A stretch of DNA of 64,000 nt from Ramazzottius varieornatus (Eukaryota; Animalia; Tardigrada), in assembly GCA_001949185.1 (NCBI GenBank), contig BDGG01000020.1:186001-250000 (forward strand), written 5' to 3'. The notes under the pieces are model-generated. The model did no database searches, was not told the DNA's origin, and saw nothing but the letters and a program-made list of their open reading frames with translations. Position 1 is the stretch's first letter. Every line of letters starts with the position of its first letter. Below are positions 25,867 through 38,516 of this stretch, one piece after another. Position numbers and translations under genes: made by a program.

Positions 25867-25992
25867 TAATAATCATTGATCAACTAATTGTGCTCCTTAT
25901 GCGTTCCAGAATTAGCTCGGATCCCTTTCCTCAACTCAGTCAACTGTATATAAGCTAGTGCTACTGGGCGTTTTGGCCTGTTTTCAGGTTTA

Positions 25993-28506
25993 CTTGACGA
26001 GGGGATTTTTCCAATCCGCCGCCTCTGATCCTCAAACCGACATCACAGGTGGATAGAGAAGAGTTTTCTCTATAGTCTGAACCGGAAACCTGGTCATCTT
26101 TCCGTTCTTGGAATAAACTGCAGGAACCGGAAGTTACGTCAAAATTCCAACACAGGTGGCGCTACAAGTTAACCTGTTACTTCCGTCCTCGTAAAGATAT
26201 CTAGTGGAAAATTCAAAAAAACATTAAGGCAGGTAGATGGTACAGAAATGATGAACATCATAGAAATGGTGAAAACAGAGGCGACCTTTGCACCACCCAC
26301 AGACCAGAAGGACAGCATTCTTACAGTTATTATGAATGCAGCGGCCATTCAGCTTCTTGAACATGAAGCTTGCGGGGTTCACATACTGCACCCGTTCATC
26401 CGTATATCCCAACTTGAACCAGGCACGTACAATTAGGTTCTCGAATCTGGGTGACTGAAACTGCTGATACAGTAAGGCATGAAGTTTTAGGATTACGTCC
26501 CTATGATGGACATGTACAGGAATATCATTAACAAACACGAAATTTGACATCTTTTTGAAACATCCCTTGTACATCCGGAAGCAAAGAACATCCAACGGCT
26601 GGATACTACCAGTCACTTTGGGAGGTATGGTGATCGTCTCGTACTGCAGCTCTTCGGGCTTGAGTTCGATAACAGCGTCCTGATCGGTGAACGTCTTCCA
26701 GGAGTCAGCCAGAAGGATACAGCGGTCTTCCATATGCGGAAACAACACTTTTTCGGATCATTCCAGGTAGAGCTTCTTCGTCATTTTTCCCGATGTCGAC
26801 GCAGTGATGTACAGGTTATCAGCTTTGAACATCGTTTTCGACACGATTGGGCCAAAGACTCCTTTTTCTTCTTTCAGGGTGATGAACAAAATAGGATGAA
26901 ACTTTCGTATGCCGGGAGAGATTGTCATCATGACAGTATAGAACTGAGTCATGGAATTTTCGGACTGGGTTATAGCCTCGACGTGTTTCACGCCTTTCTG
27001 CTCCAAAGTTCTCCCGGGCCTCATCTCATATTCAAATCCCGACTGATCCGTGTTCCAAAGACAGTCCAATCCGTGATCCGCTATTCTGGATCTGACCAGC
27101 GCAACACACTCTTCTGCACTTTGCTTGACTTGGGGAGCTGCTTCGAGGGACTTCTTTGTGACGAACTTCGTTATCTTTCGATCAACTATTCCGTAGTACC
27201 TGCCAAAATAGCATAAATGTCATCGGAACACTGCCAGCAAATTGGAAAAGGTCGCTTTTTTTCAAGTGGCGCCGCTGTCACTTATTGAGTACGGTAACGT
27301 GCGCTACTTGAACTGACGATTCAGGTGAAATCGTTTGCCGACGTTCAAATACAGAAGATTTGCCTTCGTTAAATCGATAAGTAAATTCTTGCACGATATC
27401 AATTACCGTTCGAATTTTGACACCCAGTACGGCGAAGCGGTGAAACCAGGCAGATCCACATCATTATTCGCGGTTATCGCCCATCGTTGAAGATCCATAT
27501 CCTTGACTACTTGTCTCTTCTGCTTGGCCATGAAGTACTGCTTTGCTGTCTCCAAGCGAATGACTTTCAATTTGTCGAATCGGGATCCGCCTTCAGCTAG
27601 CTGGTTCTTCCAGTCTCTTAGCTGTCGTTCGTCCCGAACTTTTGTGAAATGGTTTCGGACTGAAGACAAGCTCCGCCGTTTCTTTGCTGTAACGTTACAA
27701 TAGTAATCAACAGCACGTTTCTTGTAGTCGAGATTGACAGCTTGGCTTGACGGAACTCTTGGATCTGGGAGTCACGGAACAAATATTTCGTGGGACGAAG
27801 GTTCAGTGTCACTTGTAACGGGCTCGTTCAAGCGATCATCTTCGAAGAAATAACGTTCAGCGCTACCGTTCAACAGGTTAGCATCACCCGCCGTCTTTTC
27901 AAAGTCGTCGAACGTTAGCCCGTCGAGCTGTAGGTCCCCCTGCAAGTCCTCGTCAACCTCCAGCACAGGACTGTCGCTTCGAGCAATTTTGATGTCAATA
28001 AGATCTAGAATATTCCAACAATCCGGTGAAACAAAACCTCTTAGTTCTGCACTGAACCTTCGGAAAAATACCTACCTTTGATAATGCCTTTCAGCTGCTT
28101 GTCCGCTTCACTTGGCGCATCGTCCGGTTGATACCGGAGTTTGTATTCCTCTTCCAGGAGCTTTAGCACGTTTAAGGGATTGATGGAGTACATCGCAGTG
28201 TTGTGGGAAGATTATGGGGGAGAGAATCAACAAAAGATGCGTCATGCGACAGCGACAAGCTCATATGATGGAAGGAACAATCAATTTTGGCCAATCAACT
28301 ATGAGTCAATCAAACTTATTGATTGTGCCTCGGTCAATGTACAGTACCGCCCTAATTTTGACGTAACTTCCGGTTCCTGCAGTTTATTCCAGGAACGGAA
28401 AGATGACCAGGTTTCCGGTTCAGACTATAGAGAAAACTCTTCTCTATCCACCTGTGATGTCGGTTTGAGGATCAGAGGCGGCGGATTGGAAAAATCCCCT
28501 CGTGAG
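25993..28506. mobile_element. Tc4/Tc5 (pogo-like) DNA transposon, full-length but inactivated
   Basis: ~153-bp near-identical TIRs (25993-26146 / 28354-28506), TA at both flanks, internal spliced transposase on -. Confidence 0.9.
26224..28193 (-). pseudogene. Tc5/pogo-like DDD transposase with two introns and two in-frame TGA stops
   Basis: MYSINPLNVLKLL start, CENP-B-like HTH (LQRWA...FTASPYWVSKF), WNTDQSG / LLADSW / IQPLD triad, C-terminal Cys/His cluster. TGA at 27772-27774 and 26758-26760. Confidence 0.85.
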
Positions 28507-28759
28507 TATTAGTTATGCCATATTTTTCGGTGGTATTGCACTGATGACTTCACCGTACTACTTCTTACCGCGTAAATATCTTTGTTCCGTCCATTGACGT
28601 ACAGGCCTTGGACGTCCGCACCGGCTAGACTATGATGCAAGTATCCGAAAAACGATACTAAGTACAGGTATTTACGGGTGCATGGCACCGGTACTTTGTC
28701 CACCGCAGCCTTCGTGAATGGTGGCACAAGTATCTGTAATCTCTTGAACAATCAATGTA

Positions 28760-28933
28760 CAGCGCAAGACAAAATCAGCCTTCGAAAAGGGGTAAGATGG
28801 ATGGGCGGTGCTAGGTGACAGTCGGCCACTTGAAAAAGCACCGCACTTTAACTCAAATTACGTTTGGCCCTCCTGCACACAGCCCCCCCTATCCATCTTA
28901 CCCATTTTCGAAGGTTAATTTTGTCTTACACTG
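28760..28933. mobile_element. TA-flanked MITE
   Basis: ~50-bp imperfect TIRs CAG.G.AAGACAAAAT.A.CCTTCGAAAA.GGGTAAGATGGAT, TA at 28758-28759 and 28934-28935. Confidence 0.8.
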
Positions 28934-29130
28934 TAGCTGACTCGGTCGCGTAGAAACTAACGAGCGTTATCCATGAATCAGTTTCCAGCGGTTTTGTTCG
29001 GCAAATTAGACAGTGCGGAAAGTCTTTTGAAGTAATAAGTTCATCGATATCAGCTGTCCATGTCAATGTATTACTTCTGATCCAATTGTAGTACCTATTT
29101 TTGCATTCCGTGTTGAGTACTCAGTCAGCT

Positions 29131-30466
29131 ATGGAGTTACTTCAGTTGTTTGTGCTATCTGGTTGTTTAAAAATTGCATTGGTCCTAGGCGAGGTAAACT
29201 GTCATCAGTGTCGATCCCACTACTACGAGAAACTGTCATCAAATCACCCACGGGCTGGCGAAGATATTTGTGAAGACAAAAAGAACTGGAAACCCTGCAA
29301 AGGCAAATACTGCTCGGCGCATAAACTAAAAGGTTGGCTTTCTGCGACTGTCATGCTGTAATATTTAAAGGCATCTTAAGGTAATGTTCTCGGCAGGATT
29401 TGGAGTGATAACGACAATGTCGAGAAGTTGTGTGGATTACATAGCGAGAAATGCGACTCTGAACAAATGCGAAGCTTCGTACGACGACGAAAATGGCGCC
29501 GAGTTTTCGCTCTGCGAGTGCGACAAAGATTTCTGCAATAACCAGACGGAAATCGAACTGCCGTTGAAGAACGCTCGCATACCTATGGAAGGTTACGCAA
29601 AGTGTTATGCTTGCGAGCTTGACGAATTTGCTGTCCCTGCTGGAGCTAAAGGCAGCAAAGACTGTTTTGCCTTCCAGAAGGGTCCTCAGTTTGAATGTCT
29701 TGCTATGAAAGATCATGGATGCGTCGACACCATCGTTACGAATATGAGTAAGTTCTCGGCATGAAACACGTGCAGTTTCACAAACTTTTCCCCATCGAGT
29801 TTTTCTCTCAGCGTTTTTTACCCATGTTTTTGTGTTTATCCAGCGGACATGTCTCTTGACACGAAAATCAATTGGACTTGTTACGACGGTGTACACCCGA
29901 CGGCGGCGACGGCGGCGAGCCCCTGCGTAACAGAAATGATACGCGATGGAACCATCAACGTTACAAGATGCTATTGTCTAGGAGATTTCTGCAACACAAT
30001 GGAGCGACCAAGCAAGTGGTACGTGCCGCCGCCGCCAGCCACATCGACGACTTTAACTACGACCATGTCCACCGCAACAACACCACCCACCCCGGCACCA
30101 ACCACTCGAGCACCGACCACTCCGCCGCCGACCACTCCTGCACCAACCACTCCCGCACCAACCACGCCGCCGCCAACCACTCCGCCGTCGACCACTCCGC
30201 CGCCAACCACTCCTGCACCAACCACTCCTGCACCAACCACGCCGCCGCCAACCACTCCGGCACCAACCACAGACACAGAGATGCCCGAGGAAACGACATT
30301 ACAGACCGCAACGACATACAGGCCCGCGAAGAAAACCACCGCGACCACATCGACGGCGACAGCCGTGCCCGGCGGAGCGGTTACCGAGCCGAATACAGCC
30401 CAGAAAGAAATTGCGGATGTTGCATTTCTCCTTGTTCTGGCCACTTTTGCGGTGCAGTTCGTGTGA
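29131..30466 (+). CDS. GPI-anchored protein with two Ly6/three-finger-like domains and a mucin-like Thr/Pro stalk, 3 exons
   Basis: Signal peptide. Domain 1: CHQC...CKGKYC...RSC...CECDKDFCN. Domain 2: CYAC...CYCLGDFCN. PTTP(P/A) repeats and a hydrophobic C-terminus. Confidence 0.85.
30083..30270 (+). repeat. Coding 15-bp tandem repeat encoding PTTP(P/A)
   Basis: About 12 degenerate copies of CC(A/G)ACCAC(T/G)CC(G/T)(C/G)C(G/A). Confidence 0.9.
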
Positions 30467-32229
30467 TCGGTTTTTTCAGCCGCGCTGGTTTGCCCTAACG
30501 ATAACAATGTCGTCATTATAAGCTGTCAAACCTTTAGACCATCGACTTGCTTCTGACCCGCTTATGGGCAACTCGTCGAAGTTGGTCTTTTCGAAACCGT
30601 TCACTACTGCATAGACTTAAGTGTTTAGCATTATCAGTGTTTGATTTGTGCTACAGTTATTTAGATAGCATGTAACGAGTAAAAAATAGGTGCTGCTGGG
30701 ATCCCTGACCGACATGTAACTGCGAAACGTAGTTGAATTCAGGTGCCTTTTCTCGGGTGCTTGTTGTCATTGCGATCCAAAATTTCTAATAGTATCCAAT
30801 GGTAGCAGCACAAATGGACATATCTGGCATAATATGGTACTTGATCACATACTGTATTAAGTCGTTCGAAGGCCTGAGCAAAGAAGACGAAACAGTGCTT
30901 CACACCGAAGACGTTTCATGCTGCAATTCAGTTTGACGAACGAGCAAGACGCAATAAAAATGCCCCAATCACGAGTATTGCGATGGTTGCCTTGTCCCAC
31001 TGAAGAAAAATTTGCAAAGGCTGAAATACGCAGTGTATACGTGCTGGATTGATCAGCTTCAAAGAAGCCAAAAATTCTAAAATTTGAACTCAATCGTCTT
31101 GCCGTTTGTAGAAACCACCTCCGTCATACCTGTTCGCTTTGGTTAGCGCCATTTTTGAACTTTTTGGCGTACTCGTCACCTGCCCCCTTCTTGGGCTGTA
31201 CCTACAGCTGAAGTTGAGTGGCTAAGACTTCCTTCACGACGATACGATGCTTTCTTCCGTCTGGGACCATAAGCATTAGTTCGATTCATCCATGCCGAGG
31301 CCCAACAGCGTTTGTGGGAAAAATTGGTTCCAGTATAGACTGCCCCTCATGTGACTGACGGCACGAGGTCGCGGCGAATAATTCGGTTTCGTCTACATGA
31401 AGGCTCCATGGATGTAGCGTACGTCGGCTCGAGCAGTGAGTTAGAGCCATGATCGTTTTCCACAAACGCTGTTGGGTCGGTGGGCCGCGACAGGTTCCTC
31501 TAGTTATCAAAAATATTCAACCGAACAGTACGGTAGTATGCTACTTCAGTCACAGCAACGGGTTTTCCATAGCAGTTCCAGTACGAGCAGCTCCAGTCGT
31601 ATTGACACCTGTGTGCCGTAGTTGGCTCCACCTGCTAGAGGCCTAGACTCTTTTTGTAGATGGCAGGCACGCCGAACCGAAAAACCAAACCGAGAACTCG
31701 ATCGTAAAACGAAACATATGCAGATCTCGATGGGTCCACTGAACATGACGCAAGATCCAGAGAAATGCAGTCGGCCAGTTAGTGCTATGAGGTCAGGAAC
31801 CGCCAAAGATATTGAGCACCCTCTGTTGGTTGAAACCTAGACATGCCCCGTAGATGGCGTGCCTCACTATGGTGGATATCAAGTAGTCTCCACTACTGCG
31901 AAATTACACAGTATCAAACTTTATCACGTTTACACTCCGCGATCTCGACACACAATTAGGCAAGAAACAGCCACCGTCAGACGCTTTGCGAGCTGACGTC
32001 TTTTTGGCAAGTATGAAGTATATTGCGCTGATGCCCTCGAGATAAAAACTACTCTCGCACTTATTTCTGCTTGCCGACACTCTATAATGAAGTTGCGCGA
32101 CCCGTAGTTCGGAAGCATACACAATACAGCTTTCAATCGTAAACGGTAGCACGCTTTGTTTCTCACTCGGTTACCTCCCACCACACGGAATACTCTCACG
32201 GTAAAAATTCGCCTTTTTCGCATGCCTTT

Positions 32230-32565
32230 ATGGAGCATACTGGATATTCCAATGCTTTTCAGACCTTCCATGAGACTGCTACAGATCGGATTCGAAGGAA
32301 GCATGATTGGGTGATTGCCGCTTGCTGTAAGTCACAAGCACGCCAAGGCGCAGTCCTGGTTTTCATCGGGATTACGGTGTGTTTGACCGGAATAATCTGG
32401 ACTTCTATTGTATTCGCGGGGATCGAGAAAGCAAAATACCAACATTCATTCCGAACGCTTGGCGGACCCTTTCTTATTTCCATCGGCGTTGGATTAAGTC
32501 TGATAGGAGCACTATTTTTTGAGAAGCCAAAGAAGCCTTTACAAAGAAAAGAAGCTGCAAGATAA
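32230..32565 (+). CDS. Small two-TM membrane protein
   Basis: ATG-initiated 111-aa ORF with two hydrophobic helices (AVLVFIGITVCLTGIIWTSIVF; GPFLISIGVGLSLIGALFF) and a basic tail. Confidence 0.55.
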   Translation: MEHTGYSNAFQTFHETATDRIRRKHDWVIAACCKSQARQGAVLVFIGITVCLTGIIWTSIVFAGIEKAKYQHSFRTLGGPFLISIGVGLSLIGALFFEKPKKPLQRKEAAR

Positions 32566-32733
32566 TCGGACCGCGCTCGTAAAATGTCTCAGTAGCAAGA
32601 ATACTCTTCTCTCAGTATTTCGTTCGAATCAGTGAAAGCTAAAAGCTAAAAGAATATACGTATGAAGGATGAATCCAAATCAAAAAATACTTGTACAACC
32701 AATGCAAATAAAAAAACAGCAAAAACCTTTTGC

Positions 32734-33547
32734 TTACTCAGTCGGCCTGTTTCGTCTGTTTGAAACTGCCGCAGAGATGGACAAGATAAATAAAATAAAA
32801 TAAGTGGCCATAACGCATCCTTTGAGGGCAATGAGAGATATAACAGGAAGAATAGGAATGTTGAAGAATGCCATCAGCTCATATACATACGGAGTTGTGC
32901 CGATCAGCATAGCGATGTAGATGTAAATAGAGGCGGCCAACAGCGATCCACATAGCATGCCGAAGGAACCCAGGGAGAATGTCAGGGACAGGATGTAGTC
33001 AAGCAGGAAGATACCTTTGCGGGTGTGGAAGGATGCAGTTTCTCTGTTGGTCAAGACACCGGTGATGCCGTTGATCACAGCGAAGGCGGAAGCGATCACA
33101 CCCAGGTATTCCAGGCCGATGAAGGTCCAAAAGACGGCCAGCACTGAAAAACAAGTTCCATCGCATTACACTCACCGCGCTTCACAAGAAACGGAAAATT
33201 ATACTCACGTGGAATATCTTTGACATTTTTCACATGGCTCGTTAGATCGAAGAGGATTGCGCCATGGCTCAACATCGTGCACGAGTATTAAATCATTGAA
33301 ATCGGACCCATGCATTATTCCGTCACGATGTTACTGTTTCCGAAAGAATAGGCAACTTTGAAAATGGTAACCATTTATGGAGCCATAACTTTCTCCTATT
33401 TCACAGTGTCATATTTTTGGTAACACTCGGCAACAATCGGAGCCGGGGACTCTGAGAAGCTGGGAATTGAAACTTACCGGTTACTTCCAAGGCTATAGCC
33501 ACCAAGCCGAAAAAGATCATGGCCCCCCCCAAGCATGCTCGCATCAT
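32734..33547 (-). CDS. Second MS4A/CD20-like four-TM protein (paralog of 21349-22844)
   Basis: Exon 1 MMRACLGGAMIFFGLVAIALEVT with the same intron position as the paralog. Exon 2 has GVIASAFAVINGITGVL and IALKGCVMATYFILFILSI, matching IGLKATLMILYFLLFVIACI. The 3' end is uncertain. Confidence 0.65.
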
Positions 33548-34214
33548 TTTCGCTCCAGGGGCAAAACCTACTGCCCCAACTGTCCCGGCAGGAATTACAT
33601 CGTGTCAAACCGAAGTTTCCTGCCCACCACCGTTTTCGCTGTTGATGAATGAACGTGAGACGATTTGATACCGCATGCTCCAGAGAACTGCCTAGTTTAT
33701 GGAGTGACAATCAATCTATCAGTCTGAGGAATACGCATGGAATGGTACTCGAGAGGTAATCGATAAGACAGTGGGACATTCGAGAGTAGGAGTGTTATCG
33801 ATTTTTGAACAATATCAGTCCCACGTGAACTATTCGTCCCACATTGTCGACGGCTCAAGGCTTCCTGGTGTCATTCATGGCTTGAGTAGCCGGTCGGATG
33901 GCCGTGTAAGTTCCGCATGGTCAGCCGAGACTGATGATGAAGGAAATCAGTGCAAATAATCAGATGCGCAGACCTTGAACACTGTGAAATCGGAGCTTCG
34001 CACTGGTTTGTCATTATGCGTGACGGATTAGCTTGCGCAGGTGAAATTTTCGGTCTGACTTTTAACAAACAGGATTAAGTAGTTCGGTTAGACACGCCAA
34101 AATCACGTATAACATTTCACTGGATAATAACACTTATGCAAAGTGATAGGTGCTGTCAGCCAAAACAGATCCGTGAGCAACACACAGACCGCCTTTCCCT
34201 GTTCCTCATTGTCC

Positions 34215-35123
34215 TCAGAGAGGCTCTTCGACAAACGTGACGATCATTTCTCGGATGTTCACATGCGGAGGAACCGACAAAACATTCACGGCTAAATCCC
34301 AAGCCATCTCACGCAAGCAGTCCTGCTTGCGCGAGATCGCTTGGGATCGTGGGGCGAAAAGATTTCGATTTTCTATAAAACTCATTTGTCCAGCTGACAT
34401 CTCATTCTTCCCGAGTCCTTCGTAGTCCTCACCGATGTTTGTCTTGACTGCTTCAGGACTTATACTCTCGAACAAACTACGCATGAACAAAATGATTCAA
34501 CCGTCAACTGCGGAGAGTTTACCGTAATTCGAATTTTCGACGTTGGCGGTCGACGTTCGGCATTCAGATCTTGGTCAGCGTCACGGTCATGTGCTTGGCT
34601 CCCATGGACAGTAGAAGTTCACGCCATCCAGTCTCGGCCTACTACTCACGCGTCCTCCTAGACTAAAACGTACGATGCGGATAAAACAGTAAAAACCGTC
34701 TGTGCGGTCATACTCCGTAAAAGCATAAAAACAGTCACCCACCTGTTGATGTTGATGATATGGCCATCGTCGATTTCGGTTTGGAACATCAGACGGAGAG
34801 CTTCTCGGGTGTACATTGACATTCCCATGACGTTAGTATACGAACAACTTCCGGTTGGATAGGTAGGTGACAAAATAACCGCTATGTCACATCTGCATGC
34901 AGAATGTCTTTCTCCTTCGCGAGATCGCATTTGATGGCAGTGGTACTTCCAAATTCTTTCTTCTTTCTACACATCTTCGCCGGGTCTCCGGTTATCCGAT
35001 ACTCTCAGGATTACGCGCGCAGATGACAACGTTTAGCCCGTGTTTGGCAAGATATTCACTATAGCGTAGCCGATGCCTGACGAAGCTAGCTCCTGTCACA
35101 GTCTTTCCTTTCTGTCGCTCCAT
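34215..35123 (-). pseudogene. Decayed DHRS11-like SDR paralog
   Basis: MERQKGK...VTGAS with frameshifts destroying GxxxGxG, an early stop, most of exon 2 lost, and a frameshifted catalytic exon. GHIININ and SVPPHVNIREM are retained. Confidence 0.75.
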
Positions 35124-35728
35124 ATCGATGCCCTGCACTCAACGCTCGCAGACTAAAAATTGAAAGTACAGTAGGACAAATACTGGAAGCATGCAGAATT
35201 AGAAAATCGACGCAACCAAAAGTCGTGTGAGTCCTTCTCGCCAGCCTCCGGGTCATCTGGCAGTCGCCATGCGCAAGTTATGATACTCTGTAACTTTTAC
35301 TGCCGAGCTTCAACCCTTCATTCACACTGAACTTATTCCATGAAGTTCCGTTCTGAGCTTCTGTCTGGTTGCTCCGCCAATGCCAAATGCTCCTCCGGTC
35401 GTCACTTCGAAAGATACATTTTTGTCCGTAAATTTTGCGATACTCTGGGATAAACTCCCGTAGGAGAACGACGCGGTTTCCCACTTTACTAGACATTGAT
35501 ATCGCGACGGTCACGCCCACTACCGGGATGGGCTTGATTGTTCATAGTCGTTGATTTCCTCTCGTTTTCTTTTCGTTTTTCCCAGAGTAGAAAAACACCT
35601 TTGATTTTGCTGCAGCTTGCGCCTTGAGGAAATTTGCGCCGTGCCTGGATTCCAACATAGTTTATGGGACGACTGGGGATGTTTCCAGATGGTAAAGCCT
35701 GAGTGCTAAAGAGAAAGAGAACGAGAAA

Positions 35729-37676
35729 ATGGATGCGATGCACAGAGACGTGCAGACAGCAGAAGATCATTTCGACCACTTTCTGAGCTCCATCCAGAAA
35801 GTCTGCCTTTTTGCCGTTTTCCACCACAACAAAGATGTCATGCAAGACATCTATGATAAGCTGGTAAGTGCTTTTGTACGCACTGGTTTTTCAAAAATCC
35901 ATTACATCGATTCCGAAGGAATTCGAACGATCTGATTGCGGTCTGAAGTCTTACCGTACCTTCTTGATCTTTACTCCGTGCATTGGCGTCTTTGAAGTTA
36001 TCCTTGTTCCAGATAAAGAAACAAGAAGACTTAGCCGCGGTCCTTCGGCCGCTGTCCGTCCATCTTGGAAAAACACCCCCAAAGTAAGAAGGCTTGAGAG
36101 TAACCTGAACGAACTGAAATTCGAAATTATTCTTTTGCAGCGCGTGGTCTAATGGTATGTTCGTTGGTTCACGTGATGCTTCATTTTTTCCGATTACTTT
36201 AGATAAATTCAATATTTTCATCAATCAAGCTACCGTCTACTGCGTCCAACCAAGTTACTGATCAATCAACTCCTATTTTTCCAGGGAACCGGAAGTGCAG
36301 CAAAAACCTCAGTCGCCCGAGGTCAAAGAAGCCGAGCTTCCTGGTCAGCGTGTCGCAGCTAATTTCCCTGGTCTCAAACCCAATGGATCAGCCACGTCGC
36401 TAGCAGGTATTCCAGCCCAGAATGGTACAACCAGCCCCAGGGTTCCCACACAGCATTGCGAGAAGCTGCCGTTCGTCAGGTCCTCGGCGCCTCTTCCTAC
36501 CAACTGGCGAACCGTTACTCACGGCCTTCCGAAAAGCACTAGCGTTCCTACTGTCGCACCCATCGAGTCTGAGAATCGTTTCGCAGTGCTGGAAACTGAG
36601 TCCGAACCCCGAAGTGGCACACCAGATTTCGAGAAGGAATTTTCCGCCGACGGGAAAGACCGCGACCAAAAGTATCAAATTTTCGTAGAAAACTAAAACA
36701 CGGTGAAACAGGATTATCAGTAGCAATTATCATAAGAAGTATGGCAAATCTTATCCACATATTTTAATAATTCTCAGAAAGTATCTGAACTTCTGATTAT
36801 CTTCAACCGTTTGCAGTAAAATCTTCCTGATGAGTTTGGCTCGTCAGTCAGATTCGAAGTCGGTCGCGGCGTATTTCGGCAAATTCGGAGCAGTGGTCGA
36901 TGTCAAGATATTCCGCTTCCCGAACGGCGACTCTCGCGGTGTGGGCACGGTCGAGTTTACGGACCCGGAAGTAGTGAAGAACTTGCTGGTCAAGAACGAG
37001 AAGCACAGTATTGATGGACGACCAGTGGCGCTACGACCCTTTTTGGTAAGAGTTGAACCTCCTTGCAAAATTAGGTAGCTTGTTCATCCTTTTCTGACAG
37101 GGCCATCTGGTTTTACAGAATCGTCAGGTGCACGAATACTCTAAGGGGCGCTATGGCGAACGCTTTCAGGTCTTCCTGGGAGGCATACCCACCTTCTTGT
37201 CCAAGGATGAGGTTCGGGAGATTCTGTCTGATTACGTCGAGGTAAGGAACGTTCTTCTCCTCTCACGATAACGAGAAATGGGAGCTCAGCAGACAAACTC
37301 GACCAGATTGTTTTCTCAAGCGGCGTTCGATTCCATGTTATTGGCTCGAAGCTTGTGCGACTTGGGAAAACGATCTGTCGGGCTTGTTGCGTAGTTCCCG
37401 TATGAAGAACGTTCGGGAGGCTGATTCGGAAAGTTTTTGTGGTATTTTCAGGTTCGAGATATTCGATTGAATTCGGAACGGGGCTACGCTTATCTGGACT
37501 TGGAGCATGATGAAGACGTGAGATGGATTTTGCGAGAAGGGCGAATGCGAATGGGCGAGAAAATGGTAAATCCTTGTCTGCCTTCTGAAAAATTCTCACC
37601 GATCGAGAAAGGAGATGTCTTTGAGCTGTCTATTCTCACATAGGTTGAAGTCAAAGAGAACCTGCGACGTCGGTAG
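35729..37676 (+). CDS. Two-RRM RNA-binding protein (divergent hnRNP A/Musashi-like), ~6 exons
   Basis: RNP2 KIFL with RNP1 RGVGTVEF; second RRM FQVFLGGIP and RGYAYLDL. The first exon is tentative. Confidence 0.75.
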
Positions 37677-38516
37677 AAAACGAGATGGAACCAAGAAGAC
37701 GCTTGGGTTGATATGTAAGAAGCAAGACGCGTAAAAGAAAATAATTATTAAAATTTCAAAAACAAATCACTTGTGTTCCGAAAATGCAGTAAGGGGACTG
37801 TCCGACAACCTGCACAGCCTGTATAAACGGAATTGACGTAGAAAACCATAGTTTTTAGATACGAAGTTTTTTTTCTGTTTCACGCAGTTTCACTCTTTGA
37901 TCGATTAATGGACGTACCGCGGTAACGCAAAATGCTGCAGAACATCAAACTATAGTTTTTACAGTATAAAATGCAACTCTTACCGCTGATCGCCTTTCAT
38001 CCAATAATAGATTAGCAACCAATTTACATGTGATTATTTGGCGCTTTCCGGTTGAAAAGCTTCCCCACTCCATTTTAATTCACTTGCCTCCCCGTATCCA
38101 CAACACACTTCAACGAACCTCCTCTTCCTTTCGAGGCCATCGCAGTGTTTCTCCTTCCCTCGAAATCAGATCACACGCCAATGCGGCAAAATAGACTCTT
38201 GAAAGTGCCGTCCATAACAAGGTTTTCTCCATCCTGCAACTTGTTCACTTGTCCTCGCGCTGTTGGTGGCCTGAACTAATTAGTGGCTCATTAGATATGG
38301 CCATTACAAAAGAGGCGGCAACGGTCATTTCCATAGAGGATTAAACTCCAAAACCAGAGGCTTAACACTCTAACCGTATAGGACAGACGAGAGTAAAACT
38401 GTTTTGACAAGTGGCGCATGCTTCCAGTGTTAATAGTTGCGAGCTTGCGCCACTTGGTAGAACGATCTGGTCCAGTTTGGCTACCTCAGTGAGCTTCAAA
38501 TGTAAGAGGAACGAGG

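Noticed and set aside
26758-27774. Alternative genetic code or TGA readthrough in the transposase
   Set aside because: TGG is used for Trp throughout and TGA terminates neighbouring genes; nonsense mutation is simpler.
30083-30270. CRISPR-like array
   Set aside because: Contiguous coding repeats without unique spacers, in eukaryotic DNA with no cas genes.
29872-30516. His-rich 208-aa ORF and Gly/Val-rich antisense ORF
   Set aside because: Alternative frames of the PTTP mucin repeat.
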